64,000 nucleotides of DNA from Chrysomallon squamiferum. Taxonomy: Eukaryota; Animalia; Mollusca. The stretch covers positions 24,490,001-24,554,000 of the forward strand of contig CM022677.1 in assembly GCA_012295275.1 (NCBI GenBank), read 5' to 3'. Positions 39,085-52,863 of this stretch are shown here, in pieces. How positions within the stretch are numbered: position 1 is the first letter of the stretch; each line of letters opens with the position of its first letter. The translations under genes and the position numbers were made by a program. The notes below the pieces were generated by a model that was not told the origin of the DNA, made no database searches, and worked only from the letters and a program-made list of their open reading frames with translations.

Positions 39085-39471
39085 GAATGGAAAAGAAAAA
39101 TAAGAAACGCAAAAAAAAAAAAAAAAACAAAAAAAAAAAAGAAAAGAAAAGGCAGAAAAGAAAAATAAATTCAGAAAAAAAAAAAGAGAAAAAAAAAAAA
39201 AGGAAAGAAAAAAAGAAAGAAAAAATAGAAAAGAAAACAAAAGAAAGTTAACAAGAAATTTCTCCTGTAAATTGTTATAAACGTCTTTCCAAAACAATTT
39301 GCTTCTTACAATCCGATACAATTTATATTTTCTGTCTGATTATTATAGAAAGATACTATAATCTTTACATCATTATTATAAAAAAAAAAAAATCATAATA
39401 AAACAGGAATGCAAATATGACGTCAAACATCACTGATGACGTGACGTCTGGTAAAAGTTTCTAAATTTCAG

Positions 39472-39812
39472 ACGACGCAGATGATATTTTACTTCTGATC
39501 CCACGGAAATATTTACGACGTGTGTACATTTCGTCGGTTTTTCAGTTAGCTAATGCAGGTAAGTCCTTTTTGTTTTTCATTTACGTTGATAAAAAAAAAA
39601 AAAAAAAAAGTTCTTACCTTTACTAAATCCTTTCTATCTTTCTTCTTCTTCTTCTTGCTATTATTTTACTGTTATCGCTCTAGTTGTTACTGTAATTGTG
39701 GTTATTCTTATTATCATTGTTACCGATGTTGTTGCTGTTGTTTTTCTTCTTCTTCATAGTATTAATATTATAATAACTATTATTATTATTTATTATTATT
39801 ATTATTATTATT

Positions 39813-39869
<57 letters not shown>

Positions 39870-40304
39870 ACTGATCGTTATTCAGGTGATTATCGTGACG
39901 TTATCAAGATAAACAAAGAGATGTTTAAACGATGGCTTTTTATGTCGATTCGTGACGTCACAAACCACATATCGGCGTTACGTATATCTAACATGCAGGT
40001 ACGTCGGAGTTATCTTCCCTTACTTGTCACTTTTATTTCTCGTACAGTCGAAGGTCTTTACAAGATTCCTTGAATATCGCATTTCCATTCATTATCCTAA
40101 AAATGCTTCAGGACAGATCTTCTGTATTAATTTTAAATACCTTTTCTTTATTTCTTCACCTCAGCATAGACTTTTATTATTCTCTACGAAAGTGGTTTTC
40201 AGTCTGTGGTAAACATAACCAGCAGACATCAAGACTAATCGAGCAAATTAAATTAGAAGACCACCAAAATAATGATAATGCATTCTCGTCAGAAAGGATC
40301 CCTA

Positions 40305-40363
<59 letters not shown>

Positions 40364-41146
40364 TTCAAAAATAATATTTTTGCGTTGTATTGTATCCAAT
40401 TAGGACACATAGTTTTGTTCACGTATTAACATATATCGAACCTAATCTACCCTGAATCATATCAACGAAATAGTTTTCTGTGAATGGATACAGATAAAAA
40501 ATTTAAAAAAAGATAAACCTATGCTCTAATGCACTGGTCTTCAACCTTTCTCATGAGCAACTCAATATGACCGATGACCCCTTTAAAAAATTTTGATTCA
40601 ATAATATCTAGGGTTACCATATTTTCATCAACCAAAGACAGTACAAAAGGAATCTATATTCACTATGACTATACGTTTTTATTTATTCCTTCTTCCAAGT
40701 CAAGTTGAAAAAAGCTAAAACATACCCTCGCTCAAGAACGATCTCACGACCCCCGGGTTGAAAACCTGTGCTGTAAGGTAAACGGGCAAACACTGGGGTC
40801 ATTTTAGGCGAGTGCTAAGATTTAGTGTGTACAGTAATTCGTACTAACCAGCTCGCTTTGACACCAAATCCAACTCAACGCAAATGGTAGAAAAAGGAGC
40901 TGAGAGAGAGAGAAAGAGAGAGATATGCAGCATAAGCAAAACGTTACCTGACAAAGCAAAATGAATGCAAGCATTTCTAGTGCATGATGGGATACTGTTA
41001 TAATGGCTAACCTAGTGTTACCTAATTTGAATTTGTTATTATTACTGCTGCTACTACTACTACTACATCTACTACTACTACAACAACTGAATGGGGGTTA
41101 TTACTACTACCATTACTAGTGAGAACCGGGAATATTACAGAGACAA

Positions 41147-41227
<81 letters not shown>

Positions 41228-41385
41228 TGCAGCATAAGGAAAACGTTACCTGACAAAGCAAAATGAATGCAAGCATTTCTAATGCATGATGGGATATCAC
41301 TGGGTAGGGATCAGTTATAATGGCTGATCTAGTTTTCATTAATTTGAATGTGTTATTATTACTGCTGCTACTACTACTATTATAT

Positions 41386-41434
<49 letters not shown>

Positions 41435-42099
41435 ATCTACTACTACTACTACTAATACTAACACTAATATTAATATTAATACTACTATTACTACTATTAT
41501 TATTTTAAATCTCAAACTGTCGTTTGATCGCTCCAGGTTGATCTAATATTAATTAATTTATTTTTATTATTAGTAGTGATACTACTATTACTACCACTAC
41601 TATTTCTACTATATTACTACTACTGCTACTATTGCTACTACTGCTACTGCTACAATTATTATTATTATTTTAAATCTCATATCTGATTTGATCGTTTCAG
41701 GTTATCTTGAGTTAATTAATTTGACTTTTTTTTAAATTATTACCACTGATACAACTACTACTACTATTACTACAGTAGTGCTACTACTAATACTATCATT
41801 ACTACTAGTGCTACTACTAATACTATTGCTGCTATTATTATTAATTTAAAACTCATATTTGATTTGATGTTTCAGGTTGACCTAGGCCAAGAGGACATTC
41901 TGGTTTCGTTCCGTCTTTTGGACGTGGCCCCGATTAAAGGTGACGTCTCGAATCCGGCGAAACAGATTTCTATGCAGGATGCCGTAGACATGATAACTTC
42001 ATCCATTAATTCGAAACAGTTTGGTATCCAGATTGTAACGCATTTAAAGGTGAGAGATATCATTTGAAACGTGCATCGATCAACTTGTCAAACCTACAG

Positions 42100-42143
<44 letters not shown>

Positions 42144-42264
42144 TCACGCTCCCAAGTCAAAGAATAAAGTGGTTCTTTTCTTCTTTGTCTGTAGTTCGCG
42201 TCTACCTTTTTATTTGATTCCTTTTCTGATTTTTTATTTTTGTCTTTATTTTTGTCTATATTTT

Positions 42265-42300
<36 letters not shown>

Positions 42301-42460
42301 TCATTCATTCTTTCTTTCTTTCTTTATTTTTGACAGCAAAAGTCGTTCATAGCTAAGCCGTTCAGTACTAAATCGTGGGACACGGTTATAAAAGAAGACT
42401 CCTACAAAGAACCCCGTGTTGGTTACAGCGCCGGTATCTGCTCTTTTTAATATAATAGTA

Positions 42461-42503
<43 letters not shown>

Positions 42504-42544
42504 TAATAATAATAATAATGATAATAATAATAATAATAATAATG

Positions 42545-42576
<32 letters not shown>

Positions 42577-42737
42577 AATGATAATAATAATAATAATAAT
42601 AATGATGATGATAATGATGATGATAATAATAATAATAATAATGATAAATAATAATGATAATGATAATAATGATGATGATGATGATGATGATAATAATGAT
42701 GATAATAATAAATAATAATAATAATGATGATGATATG

Positions 42738-42774
<37 letters not shown>

Positions 42775-43225
42775 TGATGATGATAATTATGATAATGATG
42801 ATTTTTTTAGCAAATTGTTTTATAGCTTTAATTTTATATCTGTTATCTTCTTCTATATCTATGTTTATATCTATATCTGTCTATATATGTATGTGCCTGT
42901 GTGTGTGTGTGTGAGAGAGAGAGTGTTTGTGTGGTGTATGTGTTGTGTGTGTTTGTATGTGAGTGTGTGTTTGTGTGTGAGTGTGTGTTGTGTGTTGTGT
43001 GTGTTTATATGTGTGTGTGTGTGTGTCTGTGCTGTCTGTACGTATGCCTGTATATAAACATATTACTTTATTACAGGAACTATGGCAGGGACCGGTATTG
43101 GCGTGTTTCTCTTGTCGTTTGTGGTCGGTTTCGGTGCTTTGTTCGTCCTCTACAAGCGACTTGGCGGCTCTTTCACCCTGAAAAAGTTTGACGACCTTGA
43201 ACCTGTCGTCAACAATGGAAACTAA
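39472..43225 (+). CDS. Single-pass membrane protein, uncharacterised (5 exons recovered, 5' end unresolved), copy 1
   Basis: Exons 39472-39558, 39886-39998, 41876-42049, 42337-42433, 43077-43225 splice in frame. Protein: DADDILLLIPRKYLRRVYISSVFQLANAG|DYRDVIKINKEMFKRWLFMSIRDVTNHISALRISNMQ|VDLGQEDILVSFRLLDVAPIKGDV...THLK|QKSFIAK...GYSAG|TMAGTGIGVFLLSFVVGFGALFVLYKRLGGSFTLKKFDDLEPVVNNGN*. C-terminal TM, KR stop-transfer, short tail. Confidence 0.8.
40532..40770. mobile_element. hAT(Charlie)-like MITE, intronic
   Basis: Imperfect TIR CACTGGTCTTCAACC ... GGTTGAAAACCTGTG. Flanking 8-mers CTCTAATG / CTGTAAGG (6/8 identical, putative TSD). Confidence 0.6.
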
Positions 43226-43325
43226 ATATTTAACATCATCATCATTTTCATGATAATCATTCTTCTTCTTCTTGAATATTTTCCATCCAAATAATGTATT
43301 TCATCAAAATAATGTTTTCAATCAA

Positions 43326-43368
<43 letters not shown>

Positions 43369-43785
43369 AATTATAATTCTGTGTTTATTTTTTATTTTTT
43401 TATTTTTTTAGTCTATTACAATACATAACAGAAGTGAATATTTGCCAATTTTTTTTTTATCAACGCTATTAAATGAAAACTAGACAAAAGAAAAACTGTT
43501 ATTTATTTACCATCAACAACAGCAGTTCTGCATCTGTTTGAAATGAATCATTAGAACGGCACTGTTAGGTTACATCCAGTTCTGCATGTTTTAAACTAGC
43601 TTGTAAATAAACACTTCATATATGGAGCTATTTAACTGTTGTTTTGTTAATTGGGTCGTGTTTATGTCTGTCACTGATATACATTAGATTATTTGGATTG
43701 ATACACATAAAGATGTCTTTATTTTAATCCCTCTGTACATTAAATTATTTGCATATATATATATATATATATATCTATATCTATA

Positions 43786-43841
<56 letters not shown>

Positions 43842-43844
43842 TTC

Positions 43845-43877
<33 letters not shown>

Positions 43878-44187
43878 CAACATGTCTTTATTTTAATAAC
43901 TAAGTTGTCTACGGTAAATTATTTGCTAGGTACAAACAAACGTGTTTTTATTTCATCGGTTTATTTATTTATTTCTTTATATATTCACTAATATTTATTT
44001 ATTTACTTTATTTATTTATTTTTATTTATTTATATATTTATTTATTTCGTTTATTTATTTATTTATTTTTTATTATTTATTTATTTATTTATTTTTATTT
44101 ATTTTTTATTTATTTATTTACTTTATTTATTTATTCATTCATTTATTTACTTTATTTATTTATTTATTAGTATTTATTTATTTAATT

Positions 44188-44238
<51 letters not shown>

Positions 44239-44884
44239 CTAATATTTATTTATTTATTTGTTTATTTATTTTACTTATTTATTTGTTTGTTTCCTTGTTT
44301 ATTTAAGTACTACCCTGAATAGCACTTCTCATTAAAGGAATGCAAACCGATCTTATGTCAACGTGACAAATAAAACACAATTACAGGTGAACACGACAGA
44401 CCAAAATATATAATTAATAGGTGAAAAAAAAGAAACAAAACGATTCTAAGAGTTGGCAGACAATATTAACGTGTCGAGAGAGAGAAATAATATTTATATT
44501 CAAACTGCCAACATACATGGAACAAACGCCCCTTGTAAACACTGATTTAAACAGTCTCATTAATTTCGTTACGTGCGTTCTTTACTATTTTCAAAATACG
44601 AGTATTATGTAACCAGATATACATGTCAACAAATAATAAACAAAAAACACATAGGCACGCACACATATGGATAAATATACATACATTTATATATATGTAT
44701 ATATATATATGGATAGACATGTAGTTTGATAGATAGATATAGATAGATGCAATTACATGTTAATTTACTTTATTCAGATTACAAGTAAAAAGGGTTTAAT
44801 TATTTCATTTTTAAATTCTTTTTATTAATTCTTTTTTAAAATATATATTCTTAATAGGAGAAACAATATGTATACATATGTGCA

Positions 44885-44934
<50 letters not shown>

Positions 44935-45323
44935 ATTTCCATACTGAGGTAATTAAATTTAAATCGCAATTATATGTACGATTTCTCTTCTGATCAGAAA
45001 ACAAATACGCTTTCGCAAATAAATATTAATATCATCGGACGAGTGCAAACACGGCGATTTACCGAATCAAAATACGATTCAAAGACAGCGGGTGGCAAAT
45101 TTGTAACAATCAACTATCTTTTCAAACCGTTGTCATCATCACGTTTGTAAAAACAGACAGTAGTTAACACAGGACAACCTGTCAGTTAAGCTAACACGTA
45201 CCTACGTAGATAATGTCAATTTGCACTGACTGTTATGTAACAAACAAGCGAAGTTTATCGCCGGTGAAATGGTTAGAGGCGTAGTAATACGAAACGCACA
45301 GTTGAGCGTTTTGCTATCTAGAC

Positions 45324-45566
45324 ATGGCTGGATTCTGGTTTGCGGTGAACTTCTGGGCGGCTTGCATAGCAGTGTCTACAGGTTTTGTTTTCTTCGACTT
45401 TAAGTGTAGAGTAAGATTAGACGACAAACAGAACGATTGCGTCTGATCACAAATTCAGTGGTAGTTGTAGTTGTAGTAATGATAATTGCGATACGGCTCC
45501 GAAGTAAAGAATTAAAAAGTAAAAAAAAAAAAAAGAACAAAGATGAGAAAAACAACGTAATAATGA

Positions 45567-45624
<58 letters not shown>

Positions 45625-47044
45625 ACTACTATTAATAATAATAATAATAGAAGTAATAATAATAATAATGTTACTACTAGTACTACTACTACTACTACTA
45701 ATAGTAATAATAATAATAATACTGCTAATAATAATAATAGTATTACTACTACTACTAAATAATAGTAATGATAATAATAATAATAATAGTAATTATAATA
45801 ATAATAATAATAATAGTAATGATAATAATAATAATAATAATAGTATTTCTACTACTACTACTACTACTACTGATAATAATAATAATAACAACAACAGTAA
45901 TACTAATACTAATAACCACTAACAACAATAACAACATTCTCGAGGCACTGGTTCAAATTTTAACCCTGGATTTTGCAGACGACTCTGTAGAAATCAGAGG
46001 ATCAAACGCTGCAGTCATTGGCAAACCATACTACCTGTTCTGTAGCGTGGAGAACGTCACACACCCCATCGTTTTCGGAAGAAACTTCGGAGGCCGGTTT
46101 GGTGCCATCTGCGTGGTCGACCTGGTGTGCGTGCACCGGTTCAAAGTCGCCGACTACAGCTGCGAATGTTTCGGCGAAAGGGACGGCCGTAAATACTTCA
46201 GGTTGTTGATCCTGGCTCTGAGGGACATGGACCACGCAGAGTGGAAATGCCAGCACGGAGAAGAGTACAGTGAACTTTTGTCGTTCAGGGTTCAAGGTGC
46301 GAAGTGATAAAGAAAATAGCGTGAAAACGAGTTGCTCTGTAGTTGTTGTGTGTCTGTTGTTGTTGTTGTTGTTGTTATTATTTTTAGTCTGTTTATTTAT
46401 ATATACTGATTTTTTTTATTGTTTTATACCATTTTTTCTGTTTTTGTTGTTTGTGTTGTTGATTTTGCTTCTTGAAACATATTACCACCACCATCACCAC
46501 TACTACTACTATTACTACTACTACTACTACTACTACTAATAATAATAATAACAAACATAAGAAGAAGAAGAAAAATAAATAAAAGGAGAAGATGTTGATG
46601 ATGATGATTATGATTATGATGATGAGGATGAGGATGATGAAGAGGAAGAAATGGAAAGATGATAATGAGAATAAGGATGAAAGTACAAATTTATTAATCC
46701 CATATTTATTTATTTACTTATTTATTTTATTTATTTATTTATTTATTTATTATTTTTATTTAGTTTTTTTTATTTACTTATTTATTTATTTATGTATATT
46801 TTTATTTAATTATTATTTTGTTTTATTTTATTTATTTATTTATTATTTTATTTTATTTTATTTACTTCTTTATTTTAATTAATTAATTTATTTATTCATT
46901 TATTTTATTATTTATTTTATTTTAATCATTTATTTATTTTATTTATTTATTTATTTATTTACTTATTTATTTATTTATATATTTATTTATTAATTAATTT
47001 TATTTATTTATTTATTTACTTATCAATTTATGTATTTATTTATT

Positions 47045-47079
<35 letters not shown>

Positions 47080-47636
47080 CATATTTATTTATTTTATTTA
47101 TATATCTAATTATTTCATTTTATTTACTTATTTACTTATTCACTTTCACACCAACTACAATCGAACTCTTACACTTCCAGAATTTTACCTACTTATCCGG
47201 GGTGGTGATCTAGGGGTACTCGACGAACCATACAGCATTCTGTGCAGGGCGGATCCCATCCCGGACAAAATCTACCCGATCGTTTTTCAAAGAGATTTGG
47301 GCAATGGCTTCAGCGGTCTTTGCACAATAACCATGAACTGTACGAACTTGTTCGTGGTCCCTAACTATACCTGCGGCTGCCTGCAAATGAATTCACAACA
47401 CAGGTTCTACAAACTGACGATAGACAGTATGAGAAAAGTGGACCACGCCATGTGGAGGTGTCAGCAAGGAAGGAGATACAGCAACTACATCACCTTCAAA
47501 CTTCAGAGTAAGAACGCTGAAATAGGGGGAAAAGTTGGTTTTTACTGGTTCTTAAAATCACACTGCTGCGATGGATGTCAGAGTGTTAAGAGTTATTTAG
47601 TGAACAGTGTTAGGATTTTGTGTCTGAATGATAACA

Positions 47637-47672
<36 letters not shown>

Positions 47673-47753
47673 TTGATAATAATGATAACGATTTTGTGTC
47701 TGAGTAGTAAGTATAATAACGATAACACTGATAATGGTTATAATGATAATGAT

Positions 47754-47786
<33 letters not shown>

Positions 47787-47830
47787 CAGAACAGTAATGA
47801 CGATAATAATGACGATAATAATAATAATAA

Positions 47831-47861
<31 letters not shown>

Positions 47862-48445
47862 TATTATAATTATAATAATAATAACAAGAAGAAAAAGAAG
47901 AAGAAGAAATGATAAATATCAATAGTGATACAACAACAACAACTCCACCATCATCACCACCATCACTACCACCACCACCACCAACAACAACAAACAAACA
48001 AAAACAACGATGGCAGTAACAGTTAAAACTGACTGAAGTCAAATTTTTTTTATTTTTTTTTTTTTTTTCAGACGTAAGCGTGTCTATCTACAGGTCAGTG
48101 ACCCCAGTGCTCGGCAGTTCGTACTCTGTCTACTGTCTCGTTTTTCCGTCTAAAAACATCCTCGGCCCTTTGTTCTTTCAACGAAACTTCGGCTCGGGAT
48201 TCTGGGTCGCTTGCATCGTCGACAAAGAATGCAAAATGAGGCTGCCTCTACCTGAATACGTGTGTTCGTGCACGAAGACGGAATCGAAGATGCGAATATA
48301 CAACTTGAAAATAGTGAACCTGACTGCGATGGATATGCATCAGTGGCAGTGTATCATTGGAAAGTCAGTAAGCAACATAATTGCGATAAGTAAGTAATAA
48401 AAAAATATATATATATAAAAACGGCAAGGAGAAAAAAAACGTAAC

Positions 48446-48516
<71 letters not shown>

Positions 48517-49061
48517 AAGAAAATAGTTTTAATGAATCCTCTATTTTGCAAATCTATATTCATTTTCACATATTTTTCATAGTAATATTATACAATTATA
48601 TCTTACGATTTTTGTTATCATCTTTATTTTCAACACTGTAATTACGTTGAACGATTTAATTATGTAAATTATAACGTACACGACGGTTATTATGTTATAT
48701 ATTTATTTTCCATAATACTATTATAATAAATCATTATCTACAACTTTTTATTATAATCTGTATTTATTATCACATACTTTGGTTTTTTAACTACAGAATT
48801 ATGCAAATTACAAATTGATTACGTTTGTTATGAATTTTATTATTATTATTTTTTTGCCTTTTGGGGTTATTTTCACAACATATAAATTATGTTTTACTTC
48901 TGTTGTTATTTTCTCTATCTATGTTCACATAGTTTACTTTGGTCTTTCTGCACTTTCGTCTCGTCAATGTACAACCTTATTTCTTTTAAATTAATTACCC
49001 TGAGAAAAGTGAAAATGAATTGTAAACTGATTAAAATATTTTCTTTCATTTTTCAGAATGA
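45324..49061 (+). CDS. Secreted protein with signal peptide and three atypical 6-Cys Ig-like domains (~341 aa), copy 1, intact
   Basis: Exons 45324-45381 (MAGFWFAVNFWAACIAVST), 45979-46296, 47181-47507, 48072-48389 and 49057-49061 (K*). All introns are phase 1 GT-AG, one domain per exon. Each domain reads Y-x-x-x-C ... F-x-R-x-x-G-x-x-F...C-x5-C...Y-x-C-x-C...L-x-I...D-x3-W-x-C. Confidence 0.85.
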
Positions 49062-49637
49062 GGCTAACGTTTGCAGCTGAAATAAGCAAGAGAGATCGCG
49101 TATCCCAACATTTTCTTTTCTTTTCTATTTTTTGTTTGTTTGTTTAAATATTTATCTGTCTGTTATGGTTGGCGGTTTCTCTCTCTTTTGATTAATAAAG
49201 CAGTTCGATTATTTTATTTTATTTGTTTTTGAAATCATTAAATGATATAAATCAATTAATGAATAATCAGTTTAATAAACATACTTTCTATATTTGTCTG
49301 CAATTTTACAACATTTTTCAAATTATCCTTATTGTTGTTATTATTATTATTATTATTGTTGTTGTTGTGGTTGTTATCATTGTTGTTGTTGATATTATTG
49401 TTGTGTTATTATTATTGTTACTGTTGTTGTTGTGTTACTATAATTGTTGTGTGTTATTATTATTGTTGTTGTTACTGTTATTATTATAACAAATATAATA
49501 ACAAAGAGTTGGAGAGAGAGAGATGGATACTGTGATCAGATAACAATTCCTTCTTTCTTATTAACTCACTATGAAGTGACGTCATCCAATGCTTACTCGT
49601 ATGTGTTTAATTATTCTTAATTATACTTAATTATTAT

Positions 49638-49728
<91 letters not shown>

Positions 49729-49737
49729 GCGCACATA

Positions 49738-49933
49738 CAGGTACCGGACCAATTATCCGGACTCCTTGAGGCCTGAGGCATTTCGGAAAATTGAAGATAC
49801 ACAACTGTGGCAACTCAACAACTAAACAATGCGGCGAGTGAATGAACGCCATGCGGCTTTAAACAGTAGTTCCTGTCTGACAGAGGACAACACCCGCGCA
49901 CGCGAACTATGAAAATATCGTCTGGAAAAAAAA
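49738..49933. mobile_element. Truncated copy of the Tc1/mariner-like MITE (right TIR deleted)
   Basis: TA|CAGGTACCGGACCAATTATCCGG left end, homologous to 61291-61485. The right TIR and flank present in unit 2 are missing. Confidence 0.7.
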
Positions 49934-50867
49934 TGTCAGAATGTATTAATAAAGATTCTAATTTGCATAAAAAGTAAAAATTCTTGGCATAATTTGATGA
50001 CTACAAACTTCACAGAAATAAGAATATATTAAGCCTCTGAAATCAGAACATTGCCTTAAAGACATATTATGAAGCCGTAGCATCAGTTTATTGAATATGG
50101 AAGGTTAAAAATATTTTCTGAACGTAGATAGAAGTCAGATATTTGATTTAAAAAAAAGTGTGATCAGTGATTGTAACGTCTGTTACGAGAATCAGATCTA
50201 AATGTTTATGTGAGAAAAAAGATATCAAAGCATATCATGACGTTCTTTCCAATTCTGTTAACGCTGTCTACGTCACAGATGAAGAAATATGGCAGTCATG
50301 AAATGACGTATTTGTATTTGAGAGAGGAAAGAAAACTGTCAGATGTCACGTTTAACTTTCGTCACGGTGAAAGGTGGATTCTGTAACAACGATAACATTC
50401 CCGTTGGTCAAGAATTTTTGTAAAAAAAGAATGTATTTATTATTATTTTTTTTTTTTACCATTGTCGTAATCATTCAGCATCTTTAGTACAAAAGGTGGT
50501 TTCACTAATTCCACACAATTCATCAGCACTTCCTCTTTTTTAATTTTATTATGAAAAAACCCCAAAACATTGGACACTAGAATTTCATTTTATGTCAGCT
50601 TATAATATGTAACACACGCACAGTTATGTAATAATTTTCACTCTTAATTATAACTGGTAGTCTTCTATAATGATTTCTCCTTCATTCCAAGTGAAAACAT
50701 TCATTTAGATTTCAGATAATTTTCAATTAAAGTTAATTGGTTTTTGCCAAAGTCATTTTGATGTAACATTTATTTTATTTTATTTTATTTTATTATTTTT
50801 AATTTGTCACGCAATTAATTTCGCCCAGGACTCTCTGATTTAAAAATCTGCTCATGCACACATTTCA

Positions 50868-50906
<39 letters not shown>

Positions 50907-51143
50907 AATTTGTGGATATTATTCACTTTTAAACAGACCGTTTTAACAAGAAGCCAGCTTTAATCCTTCCACTATCGAAAGCAACGTCTTGTAACTAAAA
51001 GAAACATTTAAAACAAACAAAAAAAGACATACGACGAAAAAACAAAGAAGAATCAAGTTCAGTTCAGAAGACCACATCTTCTTTATTTACAACAACAACT
51101 ACGAAGGCTTCGCGTTTCTTGCAATCAGTATCGGAACTGTTGT

Positions 51144-51484
51144 TTACAATTCCTCAATCGGAGCGTTTAGAGTGAGTTTCTCGTTTAAACTGTTTCCGTT
51201 TCGACATCTCCACTGATTGAGATCGATGTGACGTAAGCGTCGAATCGTCAACGCGTAAACTCTGACGTCAGACTTCTTGGCGGAGCAGCCGCAGTGGTAC
51301 TTCGGTATTGGCAGCCTCGTTTTGCACTGTTTGTCAACTACGCATATTGACCAAAATCCAGACCCGAAATTTCGTTGGAAGTCCATCGCAGACAAAATAT
51401 TTTTAGCAGGAAATATCGAGCAGTAAAGAATATATTTATCTCCTGTCTCCGAAGATAGTGACACACCTATGCTCAGACTTACAT
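51144..51484 (-). CDS. Terminal exon encoding one 6-Cys Ig-like domain of a convergent paralogue (no upstream exons in the unit)
   Basis: Acceptor TTTTTAG at 51485, phase 1. Reads VSLSIGVSLSSETGDKYILYCSIFPAKNILSAMDFQRNFGSGFWSICVVDKQC...YHCGC...DLNQWRC...EEL*, clearly homologous to exon 48072-48389. Confidence 0.8.
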
Positions 51485-51734
51485 CTAAAAACAGAGTTTT
51501 TTTTTTGTTTAAATAAATATTTTAATAATTATCGTGATGTTTTATTGCTTCATTATCGTCATGAGTATCATGTTTATCATCACATACATCATAAGCATTA
51601 TTATTTATTCCGCGACTTGTACTATTTACTTTTATTATAATTTTTTCATTATTCAACTGCTGTTATTATTATTATTACTATTGTTGTTGTTATTGTTGTT
51701 GTTGTTGTTGTTGTTGTTACTGCTCATTATTCAG

Positions 51735-52165
51735 GTGATTATCGTGACGTCATCAAGATAAACAAAGAGATGTTTAAACGATGGCTTCGTATGTCGATTC
51801 GTGACGTCACAAACCACATATCGGCGTTACGTATATCTAACATGCAGGTACGTCGGAGTTATCTTCCCTTACTTGTCACTTTTATTTCTCGTACAGTCGA
51901 AGGTCTTTACAAGATCCCCTGAATATCGCATTTCCATTCATTATCCTAAAAATGCTTCAGGACAGATTTTCTGTATTAATTTTAAATACCTTTTCTTTAT
52001 TTCTTCACCTCAGCATAGACTTTTATTATTCTCTACGAAAGTGGTTTTCAATCTGTGGTAAACATAACCAGCAGACATCAAGACTAATCGAGCAAATTAA
52101 ACTAGAAGATCACCAAAAGAATGATAAACCATTCTCGTCAGACTCTCCATAAAGATTCCTAATTA

Positions 52166-52208
<43 letters not shown>

Positions 52209-52769
52209 TTCAAAAATAATATTTTTGCGTTGTATTGTATCCAATTAAGACACATAGTTTTGTTCACGTATTAACATATATCGAACCTAATCTACCCTGA
52301 ATCATATCAACGAAATAGTTTTCTGTGAATGGATACAGATACAAAAATTTAAAAAAAGGATAAACCTATGCTCTAATGCACTGGTCTTCAACCTTTCTCA
52401 TGATCAACTCAATATGACCGATGACCCCTTTAAAAAATTTTGATTCAATAATATCTAGGGTTACCATATTTTCATCAACCAAAGACAGTACAAAAGGAAT
52501 CTATATTCACTATGACTATACGTTTTTATTTATTCCTTCTTCCAAGTCAAGTTGAAAAAAGCTAAAACATACCCTCGCTCAAGAACGATCTCGCGACCCC
52601 CAGAAAAAAAAGGATGGCGACTCCCGGGTTGAAAACCTGTGCTGTAAGGTAAACGGGCAAACACTGGGGTCATTTTAGGCGACTGCTAAGATTTAGTGTG
52701 TACAGTAATTCGTACTAACCAGCTTGCTTTGACACCAAATCCAACTCAACGCAAATGGTAGAAAAAGGA

Positions 52770-52863
<94 letters not shown>

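Noticed and set aside
39952-40212. Recurrent 86-aa ORF MTSQTTYRR (also 51801, 63536)
   Set aside because: Wrong frame over a real 113-nt exon plus intron; it recurs only because of the tandem duplication.
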